Shown in pieces: positions 10,165 through 21,338 of a DNA stretch of 64,000 nt; position 1 is the stretch's first letter, and every line of letters begins with the position of its first letter. Where the stretch lies: positions 1,664,001 to 1,728,000 of the forward strand of contig OZ245011.1 in the NCBI GenBank assembly GCA_965223665.1. Direction: 5' to 3'. A program made the position numbers and the translations under genes. The DNA comes from Nitrospinaceae bacterium (lineage in GTDB: Bacteria > Nitrospinota > Nitrospinia > Nitrospinales > Nitrospinaceae). Below the pieces are notes generated by a model. That model searched no databases and was not told the origin of the DNA. It saw nothing but the letters and a program-made list of their open reading frames with translations.

Positions 10165-12489
10165 TTAATTCCCTTTCGATACAACTTCTTGCAATTCGTT
10201 AGCCATTCTTGCCAACTCTTTAGATGCGTTTTGACTGTCCACCGCTCCTTGAGAAGTGTTTTCCGCAGCTTCGGCCACTCCTGCAATATTTTCTGTAATT
10301 TCAGAGGTACCCTTAGAAGCGTCGCTTACACTACGAATCATTTCGCTGGTGGTTGAGGATTGTTCCTCCACCGCACTGGCAATCGAATTAGAAATATCGT
10401 CAATTTCATTAATGAAATTACTGATTTCCCCAATTGCAGAAACCGCGCTCTGCGTATTTTCCTGAATCGATTCAATTTTCTTACTGATATCTTCCGTAGC
10501 TTGAGCGGTTTGATTGGCCAGGTCCTTTACTTCATTTGCAACCACAGCAAACCCTTTACCGGCTTCTCCTGCTCTCGCCGCCTCAATTGTGGCGTTTAGG
10601 GCCAGAAGATTGGTTTGTTCCGCAATAGATGTAATGACCTTAACAACCTCGCCAATTTCAGCGGAACTTTCATCCAATTTGCTGATAGTCTCATTAGTAT
10701 CTTTTGCCATTTTTACAGCATCATCTGTTATTTTTGCTGCTTTATTGGAACTTTTAGAAATTTCCTGGATACTTGCATTGATCTCTTCTGTTGCCGTGGC
10801 TACTAATTGAACGTTTTTATTCACTTCTTGCGATGCGCCGGAGACAACCTTTGCCTGAGCACTGGTTTCTTCAGCATTGCCGGCCATTTGTTGGCTGGTC
10901 GCTGTTAATTCTTCAGAGGCACTGGCTAAGGTTTCTGAGTTACTACGGATATGATCGATAATCTCTTGCATCTTTTCGGTATGCTTTTTTTCTATTTCTT
11001 TCATAGTTTCCATTTCAGTAATAACTTCCCAGGTTACCAATGGTCCTAAGTAGTCATTATTTGCATCAAAGAGTCCATTAACATTCAGCTCCAATATATC
11101 TTCCCCAACTTGAATTTTAGCTACATGCGGAAAGTTTGCAGGATTGGATAAAATCTTTTGTATCGCTTTCGGATTTTTATGGAAAATATCGATGGAGTTA
11201 CCAATCATATTTTCTACTTTGACGGGCATATGTTTTTCAATTTTTTTCAACGTTTGTTTAGACTTGGGATTCATATATTGAAGAATGAAATCCCTATCTG
11301 CGTACATCACATTGGTGGGTAATTGATTCATTAATGATTCAGTCCTTGCCGTTTCGGTTTTAGATATCCGCAGGTTTTTCACCATGGTGGCGAAAGAATT
11401 TCCCAAAGTTCCAGAACTGTTATCCATAAGGTTTTCGTTATTCAAATCATTATTGGCAATAATATGAGCTTGAGAAGAAAACCATTTCATTTTGTTTTTC
11501 ATCATTTCGAATGTGTCCCCCATTTCACCGCATATTCTTTCTGCAAGTAATGGGTCATCCAACTTATCGTGAGCAATAGTGTCTGCCTGGACAGCGGTTT
11601 TTCTCAATGCCATCGTCAACCCGTCCAGCGCGTTGGGAAGATCCCCTTTTGTGACCTGGTATTTTTCCTCCACATAATCGGAAGCTTTTTGAACATCCAT
11701 TCCGGACTCTAATCGTTTCTTGACTTTTTCAAGTCCGAGTTTGCCATCGGAAAGTTCATTGGCTTGTTCCACTAACAGTTTGAACGTTTTCAACATTTGA
11801 TTGTAGGCCACTCTAAGACGGCTGATTTCATCTTTCTGTCTAACCTGCAAGGAATGTTTGTTTAAAATATTACCCTTCGCCAAGTCCTCTATCTCCTGGG
11901 TGGTGTCGCTAATTCGTTTAGCCATAGTTTTTGCAATCCAATAACCAAAGGCCATAATTAGGACTGCGAAAATTCCCATAATTAAAATAAGATTATTTCG
12001 AATAGAAATAATGGGAGCATTGATGACTTTATCCGAAGTGCGGATTAAAACCGACCAATTCATTCCCGGAAACCCTAAAGCTCCCTTATGATGAGCATAA
12101 CCCCCAGCTTGTTCTATCTTTTTTCGTGCATGGACGGCATAAGAAAACCCTGTTTGTTTGTCTTTGACAGCGTTGACCGCAACATCAACTCCTTTTTCCA
12201 CTAAATTAAGATTCATCAAAACTTTGAAATCATGCATCACACTATTTGAATTACCTCTTCCCTGGGTAGGGTCATAATCTATGATGACTCTGCCTTTGTC
12301 ATCTAACAAAGTCATTTCGGTTTCCGCTAATCCTTTGCTTTGCAAAATTTGATAACTATCAACAAATATATCTTCCACTAACGAAAATTTTGCATAGTTA
12401 TTCCAAACTGCAATAATATTACCGTCTGAATCATATACCGGAGCGGCGAAGCCTACCGTAAGCCCATCATCCCCTTGGTATACTTTTTT
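10165..12489 (-). CDS. Membrane MCP, 3' part (end of Cache-like sensor, TM2, HAMP, PAS, MCP signalling domain)
   Basis: ORF 10165..12378, whose frame stays open upstream to the A6G run at 12483-12489; [34 protein letters not shown] tip motif. Confidence 0.88.
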   Translation of the reverse strand, partial: KKVYQGDDGLTVGFAAPVYDSDGNIIAVWNNYAKFSLVEDIFVDSYQILQSKGLAETEMTLLDDKGRVIIDYDPTQGRGNSNSVMHDFKVLMNLNLVEKGVDVAVNAVKDKQTGFSYAVHARKKIEQAGGYAHHKGALGFPGMNWSVLIRTSDKVINAPIISIRNNLILIMGIFAVLIMAFGYWIAKTMAKRISDTTQEIEDLAKGNILNKHSLQVRQKDEISRLRVAYNQMLKTFKLLVEQANELSDGKLGLEKVKKRLESGMDVQKASDYVEEKYQVTKGDLPNALDGLTMALRKTAVQADTIAHDKLDDPLLAERICGEMGDTFEMMKNKMKWFSSQAHIIANNDLNNENLMDNSSGTLGNSFATMVKNLRISKTETARTESLMNQLPTNVMYADRDFILQYMNPKSKQTLKKIEKHMPVKVENMIGNSIDIFHKNPKAIQKILSNPANFPHVAKIQVGEDILELNVNGLFDANNDYLGPLVTWEVITEMETMKEIEKKHTEKMQEIIDHIRSNSETLASASEELTATSQQMAGNAEETSAQAKVVSGASQEVNKNVQLVATATEEINASIQEISKSSNKAAKITDDAVKMAKDTNETISKLDESSAEIGEVVKVITSIAEQTNLLALNATIEAARAGEAGKGFAVVANEVKDLANQTAQATEDISKKIESIQENTQSAVSAIGEISNFINEIDDISNSIASAVEEQSSTTSEMIRSVSDASKGTSEITENIAGVAEAAENTSQGAVDSQNASKELARMANELQEVVSKGN

Positions 12490-13046
12490 ACTGACTCATT
12501 TACATGCAATGGCGTGAGGCTGGTCCCTGTAAAGGATGAATTTCCACCCACATTTCCCTCTTGGCTGGTATAAAATTTTCCTTGAATTACATTCTGAAAC
12601 CATGAAGTGTCAGAAAAATTTTTTCTATAAAAGTCACGGGTGGAGATTGCGTTACCATCCTGGTCCTTGGAATTTATAGAGATGACATTTCCTTGAAGGT
12701 CTACCAGTAAAGTGAAGTAATAAATATCGTACGTATCAACATACTTGTTCATAACTTCTTCGATGGTACTACCGGGTTTATACCAATTTCCTCGATTTTG
12801 AACAGAAGTGTTCAAACCAAAAGCTTGAACGTCCCCATAGCGTTCAAAAAGGTTTCGGTCGATCTTGTCCGCAATATTGGTCGCAACATTTTGTAGATTT
12901 TCGGCATTAATATCTTTAATTTCCTGAAAAGAAATAATGTTAAAAATCATTACGAATATTAACGGAACCAAGCCCGTTAAAAGGAATAAAATTGTTTGTT
13001 TTCCTTTTAAACCCAGATCATTCCATAAACCCATAACCTTCCTCAC
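12453..13046 (-). CDS. Membrane MCP, 5' part (TM1 and periplasmic Cache-like domain), frameshifted relative to the 3' part
   Basis: TM1 then [17 protein letters not shown]; a -1 shift at GTA AAA AAG gives [24 protein letters not shown], continuous with the 3' part. Confidence 0.82.
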   Translation of the reverse strand: MRKVMGLWNDLGLKGKQTILFLLTGLVPLIFVMIFNIISFQEIKDINAENLQNVATNIADKIDRNLFERYGDVQAFGLNTSVQNRGNWYKPGSTIEEVMNKYVDTYDIYYFTLLVDLQGNVISINSKDQDGNAISTRDFYRKNFSDTSWFQNVIQGKFYTSQEGNVGGNSSFTGTSLTPLHVNESVKKYTKGMMGLR

Positions 13047-13148
13047 TTTACTTTGGATGTTTAGTAATTTAATTTATCAATTATTCCTTTATTTTATATG
13101 CCTCTATTGGCGCTTAACCTTATTAGTGTCTTCGGAAAGTTCGACTAA

Positions 13149-13187
13149 GTAAACGTTAAAAATATACATATAAAACCCTTACACAAT
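13149..13187 (-). promoter_or_regulatory. Direct-repeat regulator site, copy 3 (degenerate)
   Basis: GTAAA-N13-CATATAAAAC-C-CTTACACAAT. Confidence 0.45.
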
Positions 13188-13480
13188 GCATGCAGGCGGT
13201 TCACCTAAAAACTGGTACCTTTTGGGCTAATTTTTCGAATTTCTATTCATGAAACCATTTTTTTGAACTCTAACTTTCAATTTTTCAATTTCTTTAAACC
13301 GTTTTTTTTAAAAAGCTCAGGAAAAAAAATAATTAGGATATAAAAATAAGTTCCTTATACTAATTAGGTAGTATGCATTTCTTCTGAAGTATGTTTTTTC
13401 AAACTGTCTTATTGTAAAGAGTGGGTCCGCTCCTGTTTTTTCAAAAACTCATACCATCCCACCTGTTGGTTTCGACTTAA

Positions 13481-16400
13481 ATGTCAGCTGAAAATAATTC
13501 ACAAAACAAAAAATTAAATTGGAAGGGAACTCCTTTCATTTCTTCCTTAGGGTGGATCGTCCTGGCACTGGATTTGATTGTGACTCTGGGGCTATGGTAT
13601 TTCGTCAATGAAAGCGTCATCGAAGACGCAGAAAAAAGATTTCATTTTCGCGGTCAGGAAATTGAAACTGCAATTCAAGAAAGACTCAAGGCTTATGAAC
13701 AGGTTTTGCGTGGAGGGGTCGGTTTATTTAATTCCACCAACCTCAAGGTCGACAGAAAAACCTTTAAAACTTATGTAGAAAATTTAAAAATTGAGGAACG
13801 TTACCGCGGAATTCAGGGAATCGGGTTTGCTCCTTATCTATCCAAAAATAACAAAGAATCACACATTCAAAAAATTCGTGAGGAAGGATTTTCAAATTAC
13901 ACGATCAGACCGGAAGGATCGCGAAAAAATTATGTGGTTATCACTTATTTAGAGCCCTTTTCCGGTAGAAACTTAAGAGCCTTTGGCTATGATATGTTTT
14001 CCCAACCTGTCCGGCAAAGAGCCATAGAAAGGGCAATCATTACCGGGCAACCTTCCATTACAGGAAAAGTGACTCTGGTTCAGGAAACTAATGTGGATGT
14101 TCAAAATGGTTTCCTGATGTATCTTCCTGTTTTTCAAAAGGGGTCGACTCCCAATTCCATTCAGGAACGCAGGAGTACTATCTATGGATTCGTTTATAGT
14201 CCGTTTCGTATTCTGGATTTTCTCGAAGGCGTTTTAGGTCAAAGAAAAATTCCTGATATCGCCTATGGCCTTTATGACGGTGAAGACATTCAAGAGAAGA
14301 CTCTTTTATATGCAAGTAACCCCAATCATAACAAATCGACTTCATTATTTAATCTCACCATACCTATCAGTTTTAACGGACATCAGTGGTCTTTGGTCTT
14401 AGGGTCATTAAAATCTTTTGAAGATACTTTGGAAAAAGAAAAGTCCAATGCCGTTCTCCTTGCCGGAATTGTTGTGAGCCTGATTTTTTTCTTCGTATTA
14501 TGGCTCACTCACCGGGCTCGCAATAATGCCATTAATCGAATGAAAAAAATTACAAAAGACCTGGAGGAAAATGAGCAGCGCCTGAACTATGCTCTGGAAA
14601 GTACTGAAGATGGGCTTTGGGATTGGAATATTCAGACCGGGGAAGTTTACTACAGTCCAAGGTGGATGACCATGCTTGGGTACAAGCCTTTTGAACTTGA
14701 GGGCAATTTAAGCACATGGAAAAAACTACTGCACCCGCAAGACCAGGAAAAAGTTTTGCTGGAGGTGGATAAACTTTTAAATGGAGAACTTCAACTCTAC
14801 ACAACTGAGCAGCGGCTTAAAACAAAATCCGGAGACTACAAATGGATTCTCGCTCGTGGAAAAATAATTTCTTATACTGCTAACGGAAAACCCTTAAGAG
14901 CCACAGGGCTGCATACCGACATCAGCGATAGAAAATTATTCGAAGAAGAAATTAAAACCCGTGAATCCCAATTGCAGGGTATTCTGGAACAACTTCAATT
15001 TTATATTGATCATGCTCCCGGTTTAATTTCCTATGTGGATTCTGATGAAGTTTTTCAATTTGTAAATCAAAGTTATTTGAACTGGTTTGAAATTTCAAAA
15101 GAGGAAATTGTTGGAAAGTCAGTGAAATCTGCTTTAGGTAAGTTTGCATATCAGCAAATCGAAACGCATTTAAAAGCGGCCTTATCAGGAGTTCCACAAA
15201 CTTTTGAAACAGAGGTCCCTTATAAAAAAGAGGGCACCCGATTTGTCAAAGCTTCTTATATTCCAAAATGCGACACGGAAGGCAAAGTATTAGGATTATT
15301 TGCCTTTGTTTTTGATTTAACTTCTCAGAAAAAAGTAGAAGATGAAATTCGGACCCGGGAGTCTCAGTTGCAGGGCATTCTGGATAACTCACCTGCCATC
15401 ATTTATATGAAGGATTTGTTCGGTCGATATTTAATGATCAACAAACGCTGCGAAGCCGCTTTGGATCTCAAAAATGAAGATGTGGTTGGAAAAACATCCC
15501 ATGAAATTTTACCCCAATCCGTGGCGGATCAGTTTACAGCCAATGACCGTAAAGTTTTTGAAACTCTTTCCCCCCTGGAAGTCGAGGAAACCATTCCACG
15601 GCCGGATGGAGAACGAATCTTTTTATCGGTTCAGTTTCCTCTTAAGAAAGCCAACGGAGAGCTTTACGGTATCTGTGGAATTTCCAAAGATATCACTGAA
15701 AGAAAAAATGCGGAAAAGTTACTCAAGGAATATAAAGAAAATCTTGAAAAAGAAGTGAGCCACAGAACCGAAGAGTTGCTGGAAGCGAATGAAAAACTTA
15801 AGGACGAAATTGAAAAACACAAACACACACATAAACGACTTCTCCAAATGGAAAAGTTATCTGCTCTCGGTAAACTGACAGGATCCATTGCGCATGAGTT
15901 CAACAATCCTATCTATGGCATTAAAGTGATTTTGGAGCAATTGAACGAAAACGTTCAACCCAAAGGTAATAATAAAAGAGGATTGGAATTGGCCATTCGG
16001 GAATGCGATCGTATAACCAGCCTCATTTCCCAGTTAAGAGATTTCTACAAACCCTCGTCGCACAAAATGGAGTGGTGCAATATTAACAATCTCGTCAAGG
16101 ATATGCTTTCCCTGATTCAAAAAAAGATCGACCAAAAACAAATTTATACAGAACTGCAATTAGCCCGGGACTTGCCGAAAGTTTTCGTCGTAGAGGACCA
16201 AATCAAGCAGGTTTTACTTAATATACTTCACAATGCAGAAGAATCTATTCCTGAATTTTCCTCTAGTAAAAAAATAATCATAAAAACCGAATTCGATGAC
16301 GTGGAAATCAAAATTCATATTCAGGATTTTGGAACCGGAATTTCTCAGGAAAACATCGATTCTCTATTCGATCCATTTTTCACCACCAAGTCTACCGCAA

Positions 16401-16558
16401 AAGGCACGGGACTGGGGTTGTCCGTCAGCCACGGAATTATTGAAGACCATGGAGGAACCATTCAGGTAAAAAGTTCTCCTGAAAAGGGTGCCACCTTTTC
16501 AATCATACTTCCCATAAAAAGTGAAAACTATGAGCCAGCACAAAGTTCTATTAGTTGA
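13481..16558 (+). CDS. CHASE-domain sensor histidine kinase with three PAS domains
   Basis: TM, CHASE (YLEPFSGRNLRAFGYDM, ITGKVTLVQE), TM, PAS x3, H-box IAHEFNNP, N-box QVLLNILHNA, DFGTGI, FDPFFTTK, GTGLGLSV. Confidence 0.93.
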   Translation: MSAENNSQNKKLNWKGTPFISSLGWIVLALDLIVTLGLWYFVNESVIEDAEKRFHFRGQEIETAIQERLKAYEQVLRGGVGLFNSTNLKVDRKTFKTYVENLKIEERYRGIQGIGFAPYLSKNNKESHIQKIREEGFSNYTIRPEGSRKNYVVITYLEPFSGRNLRAFGYDMFSQPVRQRAIERAIITGQPSITGKVTLVQETNVDVQNGFLMYLPVFQKGSTPNSIQERRSTIYGFVYSPFRILDFLEGVLGQRKIPDIAYGLYDGEDIQEKTLLYASNPNHNKSTSLFNLTIPISFNGHQWSLVLGSLKSFEDTLEKEKSNAVLLAGIVVSLIFFFVLWLTHRARNNAINRMKKITKDLEENEQRLNYALESTEDGLWDWNIQTGEVYYSPRWMTMLGYKPFELEGNLSTWKKLLHPQDQEKVLLEVDKLLNGELQLYTTEQRLKTKSGDYKWILARGKIISYTANGKPLRATGLHTDISDRKLFEEEIKTRESQLQGILEQLQFYIDHAPGLISYVDSDEVFQFVNQSYLNWFEISKEEIVGKSVKSALGKFAYQQIETHLKAALSGVPQTFETEVPYKKEGTRFVKASYIPKCDTEGKVLGLFAFVFDLTSQKKVEDEIRTRESQLQGILDNSPAIIYMKDLFGRYLMINKRCEAALDLKNEDVVGKTSHEILPQSVADQFTANDRKVFETLSPLEVEETIPRPDGERIFLSVQFPLKKANGELYGICGISKDITERKNAEKLLKEYKENLEKEVSHRTEELLEANEKLKDEIEKHKHTHKRLLQMEKLSALGKLTGSIAHEFNNPIYGIKVILEQLNENVQPKGNNKRGLELAIRECDRITSLISQLRDFYKPSSHKMEWCNINNLVKDMLSLIQKKIDQKQIYTELQLARDLPKVFVVEDQIKQVLLNILHNAEESIPEFSSSKKIIIKTEFDDVEIKIHIQDFGTGISQENIDSLFDPFFTTKSTAKGTGLGLSVSHGIIEDHGGTIQVKSSPEKGATFSIILPIKSENYEPAQSSIS

Positions 16559-17459
16559 TGACGAGGAATCCATTCGATTCTCACTTTCCAATGATTTAGC
16601 ATCCGCAGGATACTCTGTTGTGACCGCGGAAAACGGTGAGGCCGCAAAGGATCAGTTAACCAACCATTCTTTTGACCTGGTCATTACGGATTTGATTATG
16701 GAAAAAGTGGATGGGATTCAGGTATTAAAATGGACACGCGAATTGCAGCCGGAGGCAATGATGATATTGCTCACCGGGTATAGTGGCTTGACCTCTGCAA
16801 TCGAGGCATTTCGATTAGGAATTTTTGATTACATTGAAAAACCCTGCGAACGGAAAACCTTTCTTAAAAAAGTTCAATTGGCGCTGGAGCAATTCGACCT
16901 TAAACAAAATTTAAAAAGGAAAACGAACGAACTGGAAATTTCTCATGAAAAGTTAAGGAAAGAAATCATAGAACGAAAGCATTATGAAAATTTGCTGCAT
17001 AAGGCCAATGACCAGTTAGAAGAACAGGTACAAAAACGAACTCATGATTTAAAAGTAAAGAATCTAGCGCTCAATGAAATTTTAAGTCAATTGGAAATTG
17101 AAAAAAAGCGGATTAAAAAAGCCGTGGAATCCAATATTGAAGTCAGCATTTTTCCCATAGTGCATAAACTTCGAGAGAATGGGGACAAAGATAATACTCA
17201 ACTCCTCAATTTGCTTGAAAAAAGTTTAAACGATATTAATAATGAGTTCGGACTGAACGTTTCCAATCCTCTGAACAAACTCACTCCAAGAGAAATAGAA
17301 ATTTGCGATATGGTCAAAGGTCACCTGAGCAACAAACAAATCGCCGATTTGCTGAAAGTCTCTCCGGGAACCATCGAAAGCCATCGCCTGAAGATCCGAA
17401 AAAAACTCGGCCTCGCTCAGAAAAAAATCAACCTCACCTCGTACTTAAAAAATTTGTAG
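16530..17459 (+). CDS. Response regulator: REC, coiled coil, LuxR-type HTH
   Basis: LLVDDE, DLVITDLIM, LLTGY, YIEKP; C-terminal LTPREIEIC...NKQIADLL...TIESHRLKIRKKL; overlaps kinase end; alternative GTG start at 16521. Confidence 0.92.
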   Translation: MSQHKVLLVDDEESIRFSLSNDLASAGYSVVTAENGEAAKDQLTNHSFDLVITDLIMEKVDGIQVLKWTRELQPEAMMILLTGYSGLTSAIEAFRLGIFDYIEKPCERKTFLKKVQLALEQFDLKQNLKRKTNELEISHEKLRKEIIERKHYENLLHKANDQLEEQVQKRTHDLKVKNLALNEILSQLEIEKKRIKKAVESNIEVSIFPIVHKLRENGDKDNTQLLNLLEKSLNDINNEFGLNVSNPLNKLTPREIEICDMVKGHLSNKQIADLLKVSPGTIESHRLKIRKKLGLAQKKINLTSYLKNL

Positions 17460-17866
17460 ACCGGAAAAAGCACTGCTTCCGCGACCCTCCTTAATTGTCC
17501 TTTTGGGAAAAAAACGTCAAATGGAAATTTTTTCCCTAAATTCCACATTTTTGTAAGTAATTCGCCAATACTCAGACTAATAATTGTGTATGTTTTTCTC
17601 ATGCTAGGAGGCCTTTGTATAAGACAACAGTATTTGGCGGTACTGGAATTTTTGAAAGGGTTACTAATGTAAAGTCCCCCAACTCCTGGACCTCTCCGGG
17701 AGCCGCTTTATGTTAAATTCATCAATTCTTCATTATGCAAAGGTCTCTTTAACCAGCCCCCGGCTGGAGGGAACATTGATTTACGATGACTGGCGAGGTT
17801 CGCCGAATCAAAGAAAATTTTCTAAGGTTCATTGAACTTTAGGAGAAGATAAAAAAACGAATTAGA

Positions 17867-18014
17867 ATGTGCCCCCTCTTTTCCAACCTAGCGGTTGGAG
17901 GCAAATGGGATTTACAAGTGTCCGTGGAGAAAAAGTGTATAAACAACCCCACGAGGACAAAGATTGAGTGCAGCGTCACGCTGCAGGCTGGGGTGATTGA
18001 CCTATTGGGATTTT
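17867..18014 (+). repeat. Long form of dispersed palindromic REP/MITE-like element
   Basis: ATGTGCCCCCTCTTT-TCCAACCTAGCGGTTGGA...GTGCAGCGTCACGCTGC...GGGGTGATTGACC...GGGATTTT; matches 44446-44580 and 53050-53196. Confidence 0.75.
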
Positions 18015-18075
18015 GAAAAATAAATTAACAAGATTTGTTTTCGGCCGCGGCCCAAAGGAAATGATAAGATAAGGC

Positions 18076-19209
18076 ATGACCTGGTTAGCAGCGATATTAA
18101 TATTCGGACTTTTTTTAGCCTGGGCGAACGGCGCCAATGATAATTTCAAGGGAGTCGCCACCTTATATGGAAGTAAAACGGCGACTTATAAAACCGCGTT
18201 GATCTGGACCACTGCCGCCACCCTCCTCGGTTCCTTGACCGCACTTTTTTTTGCACAAGAACTCATTATCGTGTTCAAAGGGAAGGGGCTTGTGCCGGAT
18301 AAGGTGATGGGGTTTAAGGAATTTCCTGTGGCGGTCGGGTTCGGAGCCGCGGTGACAGTCATGCTGGCCACGCGATTGGGCCTTCCGGTTTCTACCACGC
18401 ACGCGCTCATCGGGGCGCTGGCAGGTGCGGGGTGGATGGCTTCCTCCAGCGGCATCAACACCGACAAGTTATTAGAGAAATTTTTTCTGCCGCTCATCGG
18501 CGGTCCGTTCATTTCATTTTTGTTGGTCTTGCTGCTGTATCCGATTTTTAAAAAATTACGAAAACACTTTGGCGCAGAACCTAGCACCTGTCTCTGCGTC
18601 GGCGAAAAAGTTGTCGCCACTCAACCGGGAACTCTCGCTACAGTCGCCGAGTTTACCGACGCATCGCCCTTACCGGAAGTCACACTCTCCGATGAAGCTT
18701 ACTGCCGAACCTCTTACTCGGGCAACGTAATGGGAATTTCTCTGGGAAAATTGTTAGACGTGATGCATTACTTAAGCGCAGGCCTGGTTTCCTTTGCACG
18801 AGGTTTAAACGACACACCTAAAATCGCCGCACTGCTGTTACTGGGTTCGCGGTTCTCACTGGAACTGTCGATCTTTGTGGTAGGAATTTTTATGGCAGTG
18901 GGCGGATGGATCCATTCCAAGAACATTGCGGAGACGATGGGCAAAAAGGTTACGGAAATGAATCCCGGCCAGGCCTTTTGTGCCAACCTGGTGACCGGCA
19001 TCATGGTGTTCGGTGCCTCACGAATCGGCGTTCCCGTTTCAACCACTCACGTTTCCTGCGGATCGATCTTTGGCATTGGCGCCGCCACCAAACAGGCGCG
19101 TTGGAAAATGATCAGCCAGATCCTCGTGGCCTGGATCACCACCCTCCCATTGGGAATCGCCCTCGGCATGCTCTCCATGACCTTCCTCAATTCATATTTC
19201 TTTAATTAA
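18076..19209 (+). CDS. PiT-family inorganic phosphate/anion transporter
   Basis: GANDNF, GLPVSTTH, ARGLNDTPK and GVPVSTTH signature motifs; many TM segments. Confidence 0.88.
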   Translation: MTWLAAILIFGLFLAWANGANDNFKGVATLYGSKTATYKTALIWTTAATLLGSLTALFFAQELIIVFKGKGLVPDKVMGFKEFPVAVGFGAAVTVMLATRLGLPVSTTHALIGALAGAGWMASSSGINTDKLLEKFFLPLIGGPFISFLLVLLLYPIFKKLRKHFGAEPSTCLCVGEKVVATQPGTLATVAEFTDASPLPEVTLSDEAYCRTSYSGNVMGISLGKLLDVMHYLSAGLVSFARGLNDTPKIAALLLLGSRFSLELSIFVVGIFMAVGGWIHSKNIAETMGKKVTEMNPGQAFCANLVTGIMVFGASRIGVPVSTTHVSCGSIFGIGAATKQARWKMISQILVAWITTLPLGIALGMLSMTFLNSYFFN

Positions 19210-19256
19210 GGAAAAATCCCCCCAGCCCCCTTCATAATAAAGGGGGAGCACATGGG
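19208..19256 (-). repeat. Short form of the palindromic element, between convergent genes
   Basis: AAAATCCCCCCAGCCCCCTT...AAGGGGGAGCACATGGG; reverse-complement match to 30975-31020. Confidence 0.75.
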
Positions 19257-19328
19257 ATCCCTTTTAATATTTTTTTGTGTTTTGTTGAAACTTAAAGGAT
19301 ATGAAATTTTTTCTCTGGAAAATTCTTA

Positions 19329-21338
19329 TCAAAGGTCCAAAAGATTGTCGGTGCTTTTTTCGTGGCTGAGAACGTATTGATGAGAATCGTACAACTTTTT
19401 ATAAATGGTGGAGAAAGGAGGGTATTTGTTTATCTCTTCAAGAAATTCTTTCCAGAGTTTTAGTTTATCTAAAAATTTGGTTAGAGATACATGTCTATCG
19501 TAGATCTCTTTATTTCCAAATTCAGGAATGAGAGAAATAAATTCTTTGGAAATTTCAGGATTATTTTTAAAGTCATATTTTTCGTAAGCAACGAATATTG
19601 CTAATCCCATGATTCGACTATGCTGGTCAAAATAATGAAACATCCCCCAATTTTTTTTAGCCGGTCCGACACTCATACTACCAAATCTAACATTTTGATC
19701 TTCCCCAGATAAATATAGAGTATGCCCAGAAGGAAGCTTCTCTAAGAAAAAGGATTTAGTAATTTTTTTATTGAGCAGGCTTTTGGTGACCTTATCTACG
19801 TTTAAAAATTTTTTCAGTGACGGCACTTCCAGAAACTTTTTGAATCGGTAAGGATCCACCTCTTCCAGAAACTTCAGCGTTTGCAACCAGCGGCCAAACA
19901 GTTTCTCGTTGTTTTCGATCTGTTCATAAAATTTTTCCGACGTGCTTTCCGGCACTTCGCTGATAAATTTTGCCGAATGATATTCCTGAATGCTTTTATG
20001 AATAAAGTTAATTTCGTTTCCTTCCTGCACCAGCAAACAGGTTATGGAAACCAGGTCCTCCAAGTAGTCTTCGGCAGGCGTTTCCTTTAAGTGGCACGCA
20101 TCCAGAGATTTGCTCACAATTTTTAAACAGTCGACTTCGTTGAATCGGGTCAGGTTTTCCTTTTGAGTGGTAAAACAAAAATTCCGAAATACCGTTTCGA
20201 ATTCCAGATCACCCAGTTCACTTTTCCTTTCGCGGACGTAACCGGGCTTCGTCTGGTCATGCCGTTTGAGCAACACCCAGAACAGATCGCGATACCAGTC
20301 CGACAACTGATCAGGAATTTCGTTGCCTCCCTTATAGACAATGATTAGCAGAGTTACCAACAACGGCGTGGTCAACACGTTTTGAATGTTTTTGTTGACA
20401 TCGATCGCCTTTAAAAACATTGCCGCCTTTTCCGGGTCCGGCACTAACTTTTTAATGAGGTTTTTGTTGTCGTCCGGAGTGAGTTTTACCAGCGGGAAAA
20501 TGGCAAAGTGAGGAGACTTTTGTATTTCCCCATTGGGTCGACTGGAAATAACGGTGCGAATGTTTTTATACTTTTGCGCAATTTTTTCCAGGTAACGAAT
20601 CGTTTGCATGATGTATTTGGAATTCAATTCATCGAACCCGTCGAGGATCAAAGCGATTCGACCCGCGCTGGCAAATGCGTCGAACAACTCACTGTCGAAC
20701 TTCAATCCCAGGATGGAAAGCGAGGAGAAAATCAAATCCTGCAATGAAGTTTTGTTATCGATTTGCCGCAGTTCGACAAAAATCGGAATGTATTCGCCGC
20801 GTCTCAATTCCTGAATACATAAATATTTTAAAAGAATCGATTTTCCCTGTCCGGCGGTTCCCTGAATAATAATATTCCGCAATGATTGAAAATCATCAAT
20901 GGAATTGACTTCCATTTCCAAACCGCTTTCACTTTTTCTAATCAACAAATCCTTTTCTTCATCCTGGTTCGCAAATATATCATACGCGGAGGTTTCTACA
21001 CGAGTGGGATAGTAGAAGTCGGACACTTTCACTTCTTTGTCCGTCTGCCAAATAGTTTTTACTTTTTCGACGTTGGCAATTTGCTCGACCAGGTTGGGGA
21101 TTTTCAGTTTGCTTTTGCTGAATTTGTATTTCTTTTTTTCAACAGAGGTGAGCCGTTCCAGAACCTCTTCAACTAAATCCCGGATTCCCTGCTCCAACTC
21201 AGGTTTTTGTTTGGTCAGGGAGATATTGTAGTTTTTAACAATCTTGTCGCGGCCAACTTTATCCCCGCCAACTTTATCCCCTTTGACGCTATCTCCCTCA
21301 AGTGAAGTCATTTTTTTCTTTTGTTTTTCGTTGTTCAT
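19329..21338 (-). CDS. NACHT-family (STAND) NTPase with N-terminal GDKVG repeats
   Basis: Walker A GTAGQGKS, Walker B LILDGFDEL, ISSRP, TPLLVTL, FIHKSIQEY. Confidence 0.9.
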   Translation of the reverse strand: MNNEKQKKKMTSLEGDSVKGDKVGGDKVGRDKIVKNYNISLTKQKPELEQGIRDLVEEVLERLTSVEKKKYKFSKSKLKIPNLVEQIANVEKVKTIWQTDKEVKVSDFYYPTRVETSAYDIFANQDEEKDLLIRKSESGLEMEVNSIDDFQSLRNIIIQGTAGQGKSILLKYLCIQELRRGEYIPIFVELRQIDNKTSLQDLIFSSLSILGLKFDSELFDAFASAGRIALILDGFDELNSKYIMQTIRYLEKIAQKYKNIRTVISSRPNGEIQKSPHFAIFPLVKLTPDDNKNLIKKLVPDPEKAAMFLKAIDVNKNIQNVLTTPLLVTLLIIVYKGGNEIPDQLSDWYRDLFWVLLKRHDQTKPGYVRERKSELGDLEFETVFRNFCFTTQKENLTRFNEVDCLKIVSKSLDACHLKETPAEDYLEDLVSITCLLVQEGNEINFIHKSIQEYHSAKFISEVPESTSEKFYEQIENNEKLFGRWLQTLKFLEEVDPYRFKKFLEVPSLKKFLNVDKVTKSLLNKKITKSFFLEKLPSGHTLYLSGEDQNVRFGSMSVGPAKKNWGMFHYFDQHSRIMGLAIFVAYEKYDFKNNPEISKEFISLIPEFGNKEIYDRHVSLTKFLDKLKLWKEFLEEINKYPPFSTIYKKLYDSHQYVLSHEKSTDNLLDL

